Assembly: GCA_049521895.1 (NCBI GenBank)
Contig: JBEKOJ010000001.1
Location: 98,717 to 162,716, forward strand
DNA from: Candidatus Saccharimonadales bacterium
GTDB taxonomy: Bacteria; Patescibacteriota; Saccharimonadia; Saccharimonadales; UBA10212
DNA length: 64,000 nt
Direction: 5' to 3'
In this document: positions 53,079-63,479 of the stretch, one piece after another
Position numbering within the stretch: position 1 is the stretch's first letter
Layout: each line of letters opens with the position of its first letter
Notes under the pieces: model-generated
What the model saw: only the letters and a program-made list of their open reading frames with translations
The model's database searches: none
What the model was told of the DNA's origin: nothing
Program-made: the position numbers and the translations under genes

Positions 53079-53242
53079 AAACTTTTTGCCTCCTTTATGT
53101 TTTTGATTGTACGCCGGCGGGTCCAAAAAAGCGACGGTGAATCGCCGAATCAAAATGAAAAATACCACAACTCATTCAAGGCTTGACAAAACCATAATGC
53201 TATTGCTTGACATGTAAATAATCTTGTTGTACTGTTTGTGTC

Positions 53243-53506
53243 GTGAGTTTGAGAGACGATTTAATTTATATGCCCGAGAATGAGCTGGTTTTTGATTTTT
53301 TGGCTTCCTTGGACGAGCATAAAATCAACCTGTCGGATTACCCTGCTCTTGATAGGCTTATAAACCACTTGGTCAGGCTTAAAATTGCACGTTATACGCC
53401 GGCTGAGCTACGCGCCTATAAAAAAGGTTTAACCGACGTGGCGCTAGCTCTAGCACAGCACGCCGAGCTGGAAAACCGCGTATCTGAGACGGTACTGTCG
53501 GATTAA
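53243..53506 (+). CDS. hypothetical protein
   Basis: 87-aa ORF with a GTG start, downstream of two TTGACA boxes. Confidence 0.4.
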   Translation: MSLRDDLIYMPENELVFDFLASLDEHKINLSDYPALDRLINHLVRLKIARYTPAELRAYKKGLTDVALALAQHAELENRVSETVLSD

Positions 53507-53570
53507 GATCTCTCACTACAAAACAAGCAAAAGGTTTATTTAGCGCTAAAATGGCCTATCATATAAGGAT

Positions 53571-54143
53571 ATGACGCTGCCCAAAAATCCATTTGTTCGT
53601 TATCTGGCCTATAGTCAGGCGGTATTTTTCGCAGCGGTGCTCCTCTGCATTGCTATTGCGCCGGCCAGTCTGGCAGCGAACACCGGGCTCAGCTATTTTG
53701 GTGTACGCGAAAAGACCGTATTGATATACGGCATCGGGCTAATACTATCGGCCTATTTTATCCTTAAGGCGTTGCGTTTCGCGCCTAAAGTACCCGGAAT
53801 GTGGCCGGTGACCCGCGGCTTGAGACTGCTGCCGCCACTGATGGCGGGCGTGGCTATAACACCTTACAGTATCGATAATTGGTTTGATTGGATCCACCAC
53901 GCTCTGGGCATCACGCTTTTTTCGCTGCAGCTGTTGATAGCAATTTGGCTGGTGGCCAGAAGTTTCCGCGACTGGCTGAATTGGTTATTACTGGCCGCCC
54001 AGTTTGCCGGCGGCATCATCTCGTTAATCTATCTGGCTCCGTCCCACGGCTTATTAATACAAGGGCAACTGATTTTCCAGGCAGCTTTTGGCATTCTGCT
54101 ATTTAGGAATTTATTAAGGTTAAAGCACTATGAACGAGGTTGA
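53571..54143 (+). CDS. membrane protein (5-6 TM)
   Basis: Hydrophobic profile only. Confidence 0.5.
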   Translation: MTLPKNPFVRYLAYSQAVFFAAVLLCIAIAPASLAANTGLSYFGVREKTVLIYGIGLILSAYFILKALRFAPKVPGMWPVTRGLRLLPPLMAGVAITPYSIDNWFDWIHHALGITLFSLQLLIAIWLVARSFRDWLNWLLLAAQFAGGIISLIYLAPSHGLLIQGQLIFQAAFGILLFRNLLRLKHYERG

Positions 54144-54702
54144 AAAAGCCTTTGAGCGGACGCCGCGGGCTAACTTTGTACTAGAAGAATATGCCGGGCG
54201 GGTTGATATTGATGCTCCGTTGCCTATTGGCTTTGGCCAGACCATTAGCCAGCCAACTACCGTTAGGTTGATGTTGGAATGGCTGGAAGTAGAACCCGGT
54301 AATAAGGTTTTAGATGTTGGCTCTGGCTCTGGCTGGACAAGCGCTCTACTGTCACGCCTAGCTGGGCCGGCTGGTAAAGTTTACGCCGTAGAGATCATAC
54401 CCGAACTGGTAGAATTTGGCCGTTTAAACAACCGGAGGCTTGGTATAAAAAACGTCAGCTTCTTCCAAGCTGGCAAACACTACGGCTTGCCGCGCTACGC
54501 GCCGTATGACCGGATTTTGGTCAGCGCCACAGCCCGCTCTTTACCGCGGGAGTTACTAGATCAGTTGAAACCCGGCGGCAAAATGGTAATACCGGTCTAT
54601 AACGACATCTTGGAAATCGAAAGGCCACAAAAAGGCCAGCCGGAAGTTAATATCCATCCCGGGTTTGTTTTTGTGCCACTGCTGCCACCCGCCAGCCGCT
54701 GA
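54130..54702 (+). CDS. pcm: protein-L-isoaspartate O-methyltransferase
   Basis: GFGQTISQPTTVRLMLEWL and VLDVGSGSGWTSALLSRL motifs. Confidence 0.85.
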   Translation: MNEVEKAFERTPRANFVLEEYAGRVDIDAPLPIGFGQTISQPTTVRLMLEWLEVEPGNKVLDVGSGSGWTSALLSRLAGPAGKVYAVEIIPELVEFGRLNNRRLGIKNVSFFQAGKHYGLPRYAPYDRILVSATARSLPRELLDQLKPGGKMVIPVYNDILEIERPQKGQPEVNIHPGFVFVPLLPPASR

Positions 54703-54708
54703 ATATGG

Positions 54709-55713
54709 CTAGGCTTGGGGCAGATGGACGCTGAAGGTTGAGCCTTTACCGGCGGCGCTTTTGACTTCTATGGAGCCACTGTGCAAATCAGCAATCTTTT
54801 TGGCGATGGCCAAACCCAGGCCATAGCCATTGGCGCCGGATTTACTGCGCGAACCGTCAGTACGGAAAAACCTGTCGAAAATGTGCGGCAAATCGGCAGC
54901 AACAATACCTTGCCCTTGGTCACTAACAATAATCACGCCCATTTTATCTTTGACGGCGGTTTTGACGGTGACCTGGCTGCCACGCGGACTGTACTTGATG
55001 GCGTTATCCAGCAAAATTGCTGTTAGGTCTACCAGGTGCTGGTGGTTGCCGCGCACAGCCACATCCCTAAGTTCGGTGATAACTTTAATTTGTTTGGCAG
55101 TCGCTACTTTATCCAGGCGCTCGATGGCTTGCTCGGCCACGTCTTTTAATGAGACCGCTTGGTCGAGATCATCTATACCTTCGGTACTGGAAAGATTGAG
55201 CAATCCCTCTGACAGGGCTTTGAGCTTTGCAACTTCCTCCAGGTTGCTCTGCAATAGGTCAACAGCCCCGGCTTTAGTGAGTGATGGATTGCGCAGGGCG
55301 ACCTCTATCTCTGTTTGCATGGCCGCTAACGGTGTGCGCAACTCGTGGCTGGCATCGCCGGCGAAGCGTTTTTGTGATTCGTGCGATTGCTCTATCGGCC
55401 TGAGCGTGCGCCGCGCCAAAGCGTAACTGGCACCACCGCCAAAGACTAGAACTGCCAAATTAAACAGTACTAAGTTACCCCTAAGGTGATCTAAATCCTG
55501 CTGCAGTTGGTTATGTCTGAGCTGGGCAAAGGTGTCAAAATCGCCTGGCGCCAGGTAGTTATTAAAAAAACCCACCTGCCGGTTGACGCCGTGCTGCAGG
55601 TCAGTGCTGGAAACGTGATACAGCGCCAAGCTGGTGCCGATGGATAGCAACATGATAATAATCAGATACCAACCGGTCAGCTTAAGGGCCGCCGAATGGA
55701 ACATATCTTTCAT
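54709..55713 (-). CDS. sensor histidine kinase
   Basis: Two TM helices, H-box SHELRTPLAAM, N box LLDNAIKYS, G boxes DQGQGI and GYGLGLAI. Confidence 0.85.
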   Translation of the reverse strand: MKDMFHSAALKLTGWYLIIIMLLSIGTSLALYHVSSTDLQHGVNRQVGFFNNYLAPGDFDTFAQLRHNQLQQDLDHLRGNLVLFNLAVLVFGGGASYALARRTLRPIEQSHESQKRFAGDASHELRTPLAAMQTEIEVALRNPSLTKAGAVDLLQSNLEEVAKLKALSEGLLNLSSTEGIDDLDQAVSLKDVAEQAIERLDKVATAKQIKVITELRDVAVRGNHQHLVDLTAILLDNAIKYSPRGSQVTVKTAVKDKMGVIIVSDQGQGIVAADLPHIFDRFFRTDGSRSKSGANGYGLGLAIAKKIADLHSGSIEVKSAAGKGSTFSVHLPQA

Positions 55714-55720
55714 GGGAGGT

Positions 55721-56401
55721 TTATTTATCTTCTAGTTTATAACCGAAGCCGCGCAAGGTATGGATGAGCTGGGGGTTTTTCTTGAAGGGTTTATCGATCT
55801 TATTGCGCAGGTAGCCGATGTAGACTTCTACAGTATTGGGCAGGATGTCGGCGTCAAAATCCCAAACATGGGCGATGATGTTGTCTTTATTGAGTACCCG
55901 GCCGGTATTGCGCATTAAATATTCCAGCAAAGCGAACTCTTTGGTACTAAGACGGATTGATTTGCCGGCACGCTTAACTTCGTAGCTGATGGTGTCGAGG
56001 CTAAGGTCGCCGACACCGAGGACTGTGCCGGTGGATTCTTGCGGCCGGCGCAGCAGCGCCCGGATACGGGCCAATAGTTCTTCGAAAGAAAATGGTTTAA
56101 CGAGATAATCATCAGCCCCGGCGTTTAGGCCGCCAACACGGTCGCGGATCTGGTCTTTGGCGGTCAAAAAAATGACAGGCGTGTGGATGCCCTTGGCGCG
56201 TACCTCGCGGCAGATGTCCAAGCCTTCCACAGAACCAGGCAACATACGGTCAATAATCATCAGGTCGTAAGGCTCACCTAAAGCTGCACCCAGCCCGCCG
56301 TCGCCGTCATATTCGACGTCCACGGCAAATTTTTCTTGGGTCAACCCTTGTTTGATGGCGTTGGCAATTTTATGCTCGTCCTCTATCAGCAAAATTCTCA
56401 T
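55721..56401 (-). CDS. OmpR/PhoB-family response regulator
   Basis: MRILLIEDE, a receiver Asp (LMIIDRMLPG), and a winged-helix C-terminus (TVEVYIGYLRNKI...TLRGFGYKL). Confidence 0.9.
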   Translation of the reverse strand: MRILLIEDEHKIANAIKQGLTQEKFAVDVEYDGDGGLGAALGEPYDLMIIDRMLPGSVEGLDICREVRAKGIHTPVIFLTAKDQIRDRVGGLNAGADDYLVKPFSFEELLARIRALLRRPQESTGTVLGVGDLSLDTISYEVKRAGKSIRLSTKEFALLEYLMRNTGRVLNKDNIIAHVWDFDADILPNTVEVYIGYLRNKIDKPFKKNPQLIHTLRGFGYKLEDK

Positions 56402-56460
56402 ATCGATTACATTATACTAAAAACACTGAGAAGTGGCTGAGACCACAGGGGTGCGTTCGT

Positions 56461-57399
56461 ATGGATGGTATACAATGTAATTTAGTGCCAAAAATCAAAG
56501 AACGTATTTTGCAGATCATTGGCGTCGCCGGCACATTGGCCTGCCTGGTTATCTTTATCCGCGAGCCCAGTTTTCCTACCCCTGATAAACTACTGGTTTT
56601 TTTAATCTTTGTATTTATGATTTTCGAGCAGGCGCTGCAGATGTTAAAACGACTGCTGCCATTTATCGGCTTGATATTAGTCTACGAGTCATTTCGCTCA
56701 GTAGCCGATAGTCTTAATAGCCACGTTAACTACAGCTTGGGGCCGCACGTAGATAAATTCTTATTCGGCAAGCTGCCAACAGTCGAACTGCAAAATTGGC
56801 TATGGAAAGGGCACGTGCAGTGGTATGATTTCGTTTTCTACGCTCCATACCTGCTGTTTTTTGCTATTCCCATAGCCTTGGCGCTGCTAGTCTGGAAAAC
56901 CCGCGAACAGCACTATTGGGAAGTCGTTACCATCTACCTAACAGTCTTTTTTGCGGCTTTTGTAACCTTTTTAGCCTTTCCAACTGCCCCGCCCTGGCTA
57001 GCTAGCCAAAACCACTACATCCAACCAATTGTGCGGACTTCTAGTTATGTTTGGGGCGCCCTAGGCATACATAACTTCCCCTCACTATATAACCACTTGG
57101 CAGCTAATCCGGTGGCAGCCTTGCCTAGCCTACACGCCGCCGCCGCCACTCTGCTGGCGCTGATTATCTTTAAGCTCTATGGCAAGCGTTGGGGGCTAGT
57201 CTCGCTAATTTATCCGGCACTAATTTATGTTGGCGTAGTTTATGAAGGCGAGCACTATGCCGCTGACGTACTGGCCGGTATCATTTACGGTTTTGGCGGT
57301 TACTACGCCGGACCACATGTGTTGCGCTATATCGAACATTGGGGTAAAAAGAGCCAAAAGTATCTTAAAGGGTTTGCCAATAGTACCAAAAACGCTTGA
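56461..57399 (+). CDS. PAP2-superfamily membrane phosphatase / phosphotransferase
   Basis: Multi-TM protein with PSLHAAAA and EGEHYAADVLAG (PAP2 C2/C3-type motifs). Confidence 0.7.
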   Translation: MDGIQCNLVPKIKERILQIIGVAGTLACLVIFIREPSFPTPDKLLVFLIFVFMIFEQALQMLKRLLPFIGLILVYESFRSVADSLNSHVNYSLGPHVDKFLFGKLPTVELQNWLWKGHVQWYDFVFYAPYLLFFAIPIALALLVWKTREQHYWEVVTIYLTVFFAAFVTFLAFPTAPPWLASQNHYIQPIVRTSSYVWGALGIHNFPSLYNHLAANPVAALPSLHAAAATLLALIIFKLYGKRWGLVSLIYPALIYVGVVYEGEHYAADVLAGIIYGFGGYYAGPHVLRYIEHWGKKSQKYLKGFANSTKNA

Positions 57400-57979
57400 T
57401 TATCAAAGCAATAATGATCAAAAACCATAAAGCGACTATCTCCAGATGGTATTTTTGGGCAAAGCCGACTACTTTTTTTAACTGCGTGGGTGTTTTAATG
57501 TTACCGGCACGCAGATTGTAAAGCGTGGTGTACCAGAACATTGGTATACTGGCGGCCCAGACTACTATGCAGAACAAACATAGGGCGCCGATGCGATAAA
57601 TAGTCTCAAACTGCAGCCAAGTTAGAAAGGCTATGGCGAAGGTCAATCCGGTTTGCAGGAGCTGCCAAAACCAACGCTTGAGCTTATCGGCCGCTAAAAT
57701 AGCAACGCCCATAACCGCTACAACAGCGTAACCACCGACGCCAATGAAGTAGTTAGGAAAACCAAACAGGTGCGACTGCTGGCTATCGGCTACACTGGTA
57801 CAGCTTAGTATCGGATTAAGATTGCAGATTGGGACATAGTGCGGATTTTCCAATCTGTTGAATACCTCAATGGTCAGCAGTAGCGAGGCGACCATCGCTA
57901 CCAGTCCGCCAATTATCAAAAGCCAGGGCAGTACCCTCTGCAGTGTCCAGGTCTTATCTATGGGCCGGAATTTAACCAT
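57365..57979 (-). CDS. vitamin K epoxide reductase (VKOR) family protein
   Basis: Loop cysteines CNLNPILSC and the active-site CLFC in a TM helix. Confidence 0.75.
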   Translation of the reverse strand: MVKFRPIDKTWTLQRVLPWLLIIGGLVAMVASLLLTIEVFNRLENPHYVPICNLNPILSCTSVADSQQSHLFGFPNYFIGVGGYAVVAVMGVAILAADKLKRWFWQLLQTGLTFAIAFLTWLQFETIYRIGALCLFCIVVWAASIPMFWYTTLYNLRAGNIKTPTQLKKVVGFAQKYHLEIVALWFLIIIALIIKRFWYYWQTL

Positions 57980-58023
57980 GTGGTCTATTTTAGCAATTCA
58001 AGTAGATCTTGCAAAAAAGCCTT

Positions 58024-59142
58024 TTAATCACCGTCGGCTACTGCAGTTTGATCACGTTTGAACACTGGCAGCAAATAGAAGTCCGAAAATGGCTTTTGGT
58101 TGAATTCGCCATTACGCACCGCCCGGGCTGTCATAACAGCTGACAGCGCCACTAGCGCCGAGGCGGTTATCAGAAAATTTTGCCAGATAGAAGTCTGGGC
58201 CGGTATAAACAGTTTAAAGGCAAAGACGATAAAAGAATGGGCAATGTAGACAAAAAGGCTGTTCTGCCCCAGCAGCAGCAGCCAGTCGCGGCTGTATTTG
58301 CCGATAGCCGCTTGGTGTTTTTCCACCAGAAGGTATAGGGCCGTGAACCATAATAGGAAGAAAGCTATACGGCCCGGTCCGAGTGTAAATTTGTCGCAAT
58401 AGCGCCAAATAATCTGGTCAAAATTGTTCCAGCTCCACGTGGCGTGGTTGAGCCATTGCGGCAGGTGTCCAGCCACGTTTTGCAAATAAGACATTAGATA
58501 CAGGCTTAGATAGCTAAAACCAAAAGTTACGCCGGCGCCGACCATCACAGCTCGGCGTAGGCGGCTCTGGAGAGCTGGCTTAAGGTTGGTAATGCGCTGC
58601 GTGATCTGGTTCCAGTAATATCCAGTCACCATGGCCATGCTAAAAATAAGCTGCCAGGCCATGATAAAATTATTTCCCCGAAAGTGCCAAACCGCCAAGC
58701 TGGCTAAGACCAGCAACCACCATTTACCCTTGCTGAGCAAGTAAATGCCAATTGGCGCCAAAAAGGTCAGGATGGCAAAACGCGACAAAAAATCTGCCCA
58801 GCCGAAAGTGTAGTGCAATATAGTTGCGTTATAGAGCAAATGCTGCCAGTGGGTATCTGCCGATAAACCGTATTTTATGGCCGTATGGCCGGTTATCAGT
58901 GCGGCGTACGTGAATAGTAGCGTTAATCCAACCGCAATGACGTAAAGCTCCAGTGCGCGGCGCCACAGTCGCTTGAAGATAAATTTCATACCAAGAGCTA
59001 ATCGCCGGCGGTAAACCATGCCGACCACGGTGCCCGATAAGAAAAAGAAGCCTTCAGCCGCCGAGGCATATAGCCGCCCGCGGCCGGTGAAAAAATCAAA
59101 CAAGTTAGGATAAAGCTCTATGTGATTGATTAAAATTACCAC
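58024..59142 (-). CDS. OpgC/acyltransferase-3-like integral membrane protein
   Basis: About 10 TM helices. The N-terminal FFTGRGRLYASAAEGFFFLSG resembles OpgC/acyltransferase families. Confidence 0.5.
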   Translation of the reverse strand: MVILINHIELYPNLFDFFTGRGRLYASAAEGFFFLSGTVVGMVYRRRLALGMKFIFKRLWRRALELYVIAVGLTLLFTYAALITGHTAIKYGLSADTHWQHLLYNATILHYTFGWADFLSRFAILTFLAPIGIYLLSKGKWWLLVLASLAVWHFRGNNFIMAWQLIFSMAMVTGYYWNQITQRITNLKPALQSRLRRAVMVGAGVTFGFSYLSLYLMSYLQNVAGHLPQWLNHATWSWNNFDQIIWRYCDKFTLGPGRIAFFLLWFTALYLLVEKHQAAIGKYSRDWLLLLGQNSLFVYIAHSFIVFAFKLFIPAQTSIWQNFLITASALVALSAVMTARAVRNGEFNQKPFSDFYLLPVFKRDQTAVADGD

Positions 59143-59209
59143 TAAGAAGAAACCACGGATAATATCGAGGCTTATAACCCTATTGCTACCAGTTGCTACC
59201 GGCGCTTTT

Positions 59210-60691
59210 TTAATGACTACCTCCTGCGGTTACAAAATGTTCCTCTAGCATAGCATTTAGAGCTGACAGGCGGGTCTTGCCACTGCGCGTACGGGGCATG
59301 GAATCTAGCAAGATAATTCTGTCCGGGCGCCAGGCATAAGGCAGGTTAGCCTTACAGTAGTCGCGTATTTGCTCAATAGTGGCTCGGCCGTCTATAAAGT
59401 AAACAAGTTCGTCGTTGGGCTGTTGGGCCCGCTGGCGGCCCATAACATGTACGGCTTTGATTTTAGGAAATTTCAGCAGCGCCCATTCAATATCACGCGG
59501 CGATAAACTGTAGCCAAAGCGGCGGATTTTTTCCTGTATCCGGCCTTTCAGGAATAAGCGCCGGCCTTTAAGTTCGCCAATATCGCCGGTGTGCCACCAG
59601 CCGTCAGTATCGAGGTTGGCTGCTGTGGCTTCCGGGTTGTGATAATAGCCGGGAAAAACGCCAGAAGATTTTACCAGAACTTCTCCGGTCGAACTCAATT
59701 TAAGCTTGACATCATCTAGCAGCAGGCCGGCCGAGCCCGGCAGATGATCACCGGCCGTATTGGCGGCTATCCGGCCGCTTTCAGATGTGCCGTAGGTTTC
59801 AAGGATTTCTGCGCCGAAACGCTTTTTAAACTGCTCATTTAAAGCCGGCGCCAATGGCGCGCCACCGGATATCATCACTCTGACTTTAGTCAGGTCGTAG
59901 GACTTTGTATCGGCAACCCCAAGCATCTGCTCGTAAGCTAATGGAAAGTGTTGAAAGAAAGAGATGTTGCCGCTTGCCAGCTGTTCTAACGTTTTTTCTG
60001 GGTCGAACCATTCATCTATGTACACGGTATTTCCATGGTATAAAGCACCCGATATCCCCATCGTCAGCGCGTACCAATGGCTTTGCGGTAACGACAGCAG
60101 CAGCGTGTCATCAGCTCCCCAGCTCCACGCGTCGGAACAAACCTCTATATTCCAGATATGATTAGCGTGGGTATAAGGTGCCAGTTTGGGTTTACCGGTA
60201 GTGCCGGAGGTAAAGGTCAAACTGGCTATCTGCTGCGCTGGATCCAAACGTAGGGTTTTAATTTTGCCAGAAGTTTTTGCCAGTAGTTCGTCGAGTAAGT
60301 AGATATTTTTGTAGCTAATCTTGCTGCCGTAAATACTATTTGTAATAACCAGTTCCGGCCTGACCTGCCTGGTAATAGCGTCTAGCTCCAGCTCTTTATA
60401 AGTCGGGTCCAGCGGCAAGACGATGTGGCCGGTCTGCAGTATGGCCAGATAAGCTACCACGTATTCCCAGGTGTTTGGGAACAATAACCCAACGACTTGC
60501 TGTTTATCCGAGCCGAGGTGCTTGCTAAGGGCATCAGCGGCCCGCCCAACTTCACGGGCCAGCTCGCTCCAGCTTAGAGTCCGTCCGGTGCAGATTATGG
60601 CCGGCTTAGTGCCAATTTGCGCAGCGTTTCGTGCCAAATAATCGCTCAGGTGCTTAGTCTTACTCATGCATAATTGTCCCTTATTGCTCAA
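59210..60691 (-). CDS. AMP-binding enzyme (acyl-CoA synthetase / adenylate-forming ligase)
   Basis: AMP motif TFTSGTTGKPKLAPYTH, YGTSE, GWWHTGDIG and RTRSGK. Confidence 0.85.
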   Translation of the reverse strand: MSNKGQLCMSKTKHLSDYLARNAAQIGTKPAIICTGRTLSWSELAREVGRAADALSKHLGSDKQQVVGLLFPNTWEYVVAYLAILQTGHIVLPLDPTYKELELDAITRQVRPELVITNSIYGSKISYKNIYLLDELLAKTSGKIKTLRLDPAQQIASLTFTSGTTGKPKLAPYTHANHIWNIEVCSDAWSWGADDTLLLSLPQSHWYALTMGISGALYHGNTVYIDEWFDPEKTLEQLASGNISFFQHFPLAYEQMLGVADTKSYDLTKVRVMISGGAPLAPALNEQFKKRFGAEILETYGTSESGRIAANTAGDHLPGSAGLLLDDVKLKLSSTGEVLVKSSGVFPGYYHNPEATAANLDTDGWWHTGDIGELKGRRLFLKGRIQEKIRRFGYSLSPRDIEWALLKFPKIKAVHVMGRQRAQQPNDELVYFIDGRATIEQIRDYCKANLPYAWRPDRIILLDSMPRTRSGKTRLSALNAMLEEHFVTAGGSH

Positions 60692-60803
60692 GTTTACAGA
60701 CGAATTCTGAGAACCTTCTTAGAACTAATAATATTACCCCGTCTTTGGTGACATTATAGTCTATAAATAGAAAACAGCCCTGATACTTCTATTAATTTCA
60801 ACG

Positions 60804-60823
60804 CTTGGCTGGGACGGTAGGAT
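60804..60823 (+). repeat. 20-nt direct repeat of the tRNA-Gln 3' end
   Basis: CTTGGCTGGGACGGTAGGAT is identical to 60975-60994, which covers the 18 3'-terminal nt of tRNA-Gln plus 2 flanking nt. Confidence 0.9.
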
Positions 60824-60976
60824 GGTTGCTATCGCAACACGCAGTCGTCGTGCTCTGAGCAAGCTCATGCGTGCGGCTCCTTGGCGTCCGAACCTCCGCT
60901 CGCTAATACTCGCTTTTGGTTCGCATCCTCTCTCAATCAAGTTCTGACATATGACCTTTGGCCACATTTCAGAACT

Positions 60977-61051
60977 TGGCTGGGACGGTAGGATTCGAAC
61001 CTACGAATGCCAGGACCAAAACCTGGTGCCTTACCGCTTGGCCACGTCCCA
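60977..61051 (-). tRNA. tRNA-Gln (anticodon UUG), encoded CCA
   Basis: Minus strand reads TGGGACG TG GCCAAGCGGTAAGGC A CCAGG-TTTTGGT-CCTGG CATTC GTAGG-TTCGAAT-CCTAC CGTCCCA G CCA. Confidence 0.95.
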
Positions 61052-61271
61052 TCGAAAAATGTGAGCGCTGATTCTGAAACCCAATCGGATGGTTGAGTTC
61101 CAGAATTTTTTTACTCAATTTTTCTCCTTAAGTTTGCCGTTCAGTCACATTCAGTTCCCTAGACCGGCAAAATTGATTAGCACCTTTAAAAGCACACGTA
61201 TCATAGCAAAAATACCTATGCTTTTCTAGGCTACAGGGGTTTTACAAGAGACAGGTTTTATCATATAATTT

Positions 61272-62213
61272 GTGATTGAGATGCCCAAAACTGCCAAAAA
61301 TCCGGCAGACTACATTCTGCCGCTTTATATGAATGGACTTTCTGGCCGCATGTTACGCATGCTTCCTCCTAAAGGCAAAAAATTAGAAATTTTATTTATA
61401 TACGGCCACCATGCCAGTTTAGAGCGCTACTTCGGCGTGGCCGAGCTGATGAATAAATACGGCGGCGTTACCGTGCCAGACTTGCCAGGTTTTGGCGGAA
61501 TGGAACCGTTTTATAAAATTGGCGAAAAGCCTAACATTGACAACTTCGCTGACTATCTGGCGGCGTTTGTGAAACTACGCTTCCGCGGCAAAAGATTCGT
61601 GATCGCTGGTTATAGTCTGGGCACCCCCATAATTACTAGGATGCTACAAAAATATCCTGAGCTCACTGAAAGAATTAATATGATCGTTAGCATCGCCGGT
61701 TTTACCAGTAGCAAGGACTTCGCATTTTCTCAAAAACGTTATTGGATTTACCGCCTAGGCACAGCTGTTTTCTCGCGCAGACTGCCCGCCGCCTTTTATA
61801 AGCACTTGATTTTGCGCCCGATCTATATTAGATACATCTATCGACATATGTTTAATGCCAAACAAAAATTTAGCGACGTAAAGACTGATGAGTTGAAACG
61901 GGCGATCGAAATGGAGGTTGGTTTGTGGCGCAATAACGACCCGAGGACCTACATGGCTACAGGTAATATGATGTTCACGTTGTCGCTTCCGGGCAAGGGG
62001 CATATTGATTTGCCGATCTACCACGGCGGAGTGGTCAATGACCATTATTTTAATAACCTGCGGGTCGAACAACATATGCGCATGATTTACTCAGATTTTA
62101 TATATGCCAAGATCAAAACGCCGACCCACGCCTATTCAACTATTGGTACTGCTAAAGATGCGGCACCTTTCGTCCCGAAAGAGTTTATTCGCGTTATGAA
62201 CAAGATAAGCTAA
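61272..62213 (+). CDS. alpha/beta hydrolase
   Basis: Nucleophile elbow IAGYSLGT and a preceding HG-type oxyanion region (IYGHHASL). Confidence 0.6.
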   Translation: MIEMPKTAKNPADYILPLYMNGLSGRMLRMLPPKGKKLEILFIYGHHASLERYFGVAELMNKYGGVTVPDLPGFGGMEPFYKIGEKPNIDNFADYLAAFVKLRFRGKRFVIAGYSLGTPIITRMLQKYPELTERINMIVSIAGFTSSKDFAFSQKRYWIYRLGTAVFSRRLPAAFYKHLILRPIYIRYIYRHMFNAKQKFSDVKTDELKRAIEMEVGLWRNNDPRTYMATGNMMFTLSLPGKGHIDLPIYHGGVVNDHYFNNLRVEQHMRMIYSDFIYAKIKTPTHAYSTIGTAKDAAPFVPKEFIRVMNKIS

Positions 62214-62228
62214 ACTGAGTATAATCGT

Positions 62229-63479
62229 ATGAAAATTGCTTTAGTCTGTCCCTACAATATGTTAAATAGACCGGGCGGTGTCCCCCAAGTGGTCATACAT
62301 CTACACGAGGGTTTAAAGAAAAAGGGCCATACAGTAAAAGTTATAACTCAGCGACCTTCTGGCTTTAAGGGAACTGTGCCGGAAGATTACATATTGCTGG
62401 GGATTACAAGAACTTTTAAAGTAAGTGGTTTCGGCACAGAAGGTAGTTGGGGGATGCCCACTAACGGCGAAGAGATTGCCAAGATACTCAACGAAGAAAA
62501 GTTTGATGTTATTAATTTCCATGAGCCGTGGCTGCCGATGTTAGCTTGGCAGATGCTAAAGCACTCGAATGCCGCCCACGTAGGCACTTTCCACGCTAAC
62601 CTTGTAGATACCGCCGCTGGCAAATCTTGGACGAGTACTATTTTTACACCTTATGGTAGGCCGCTTCTTAAGCAAATGGATGTTTTTACTGTGACTTCGC
62701 CGGCATCAGCAGGAATGTTGATTAGTCGGGCGAATATGCATTCCTCGCGAGAAAGGGGTCTGATTGAGAATCTTAAATACATCCCATGTGGTGTAGAGTT
62801 GAGCGTCTATAAACCACTGAAAAAGAGACAGCCTCTAAGCGGTCCGAATACTAAAACCATTGTCTATATCGGCCGGCTGGAAAAGCGCAAGGGAGCCGAC
62901 TGGTTACTTTTGGCATTTAACGAGTTGGTCAAGGAGATGCCGAAAACTCATTTAATAATTGCTGGGTCAGGCCTACTAGCTAACAGGTTGCGACGATTCG
63001 TCGAGGCTGAAGAAATTAATAATGTATCTTTTCCAGGCTATGTCTCTGATGAGGAAAAACGTCACTTGTTGACCAATGCCGACTTGGCTTGCTTCCCTTC
63101 ACCATATGGCGAGGGATTCGGCATTGTGCTGCTAGAAGCCATGGCTACGGGAACACCCTTAGTAGCTGGTAATAATTTGGGTTATGCCAGTGTCATGACC
63201 GGCCACGGGCGTATCGGCTTGGTTGATCCACAGTCAACCAAAGACTTTGCTAACCGACTAGCAATTCTTCTATCGGACAACGAGCAAAGAAAGCTGATAA
63301 CAGCCTGGGCCTTGAATGAAGTTAAAAAATACGATTACCCAAAAATTGTCGGCCAGTACGAAGCCGCTTATAAAGAGGCTATAGTTCTGAAGAATAAATC
63401 AAGGCCAGTTGAGGAAAAGAGTAATGGTCAAAAACGGCGCCGGGTTATCGGTCGGCTTTTTATTCGACGACACGCTTGA
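62229..63479 (+). CDS. GT4-family (GT-B) glycosyltransferase
   Basis: MKIALVCPY...GGVPQVV N-terminus and C-terminal EGFGIVLLEAMATGTPLVA (EX7E motif). Confidence 0.8.
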   Translation: MKIALVCPYNMLNRPGGVPQVVIHLHEGLKKKGHTVKVITQRPSGFKGTVPEDYILLGITRTFKVSGFGTEGSWGMPTNGEEIAKILNEEKFDVINFHEPWLPMLAWQMLKHSNAAHVGTFHANLVDTAAGKSWTSTIFTPYGRPLLKQMDVFTVTSPASAGMLISRANMHSSRERGLIENLKYIPCGVELSVYKPLKKRQPLSGPNTKTIVYIGRLEKRKGADWLLLAFNELVKEMPKTHLIIAGSGLLANRLRRFVEAEEINNVSFPGYVSDEEKRHLLTNADLACFPSPYGEGFGIVLLEAMATGTPLVAGNNLGYASVMTGHGRIGLVDPQSTKDFANRLAILLSDNEQRKLITAWALNEVKKYDYPKIVGQYEAAYKEAIVLKNKSRPVEEKSNGQKRRRVIGRLFIRRHA

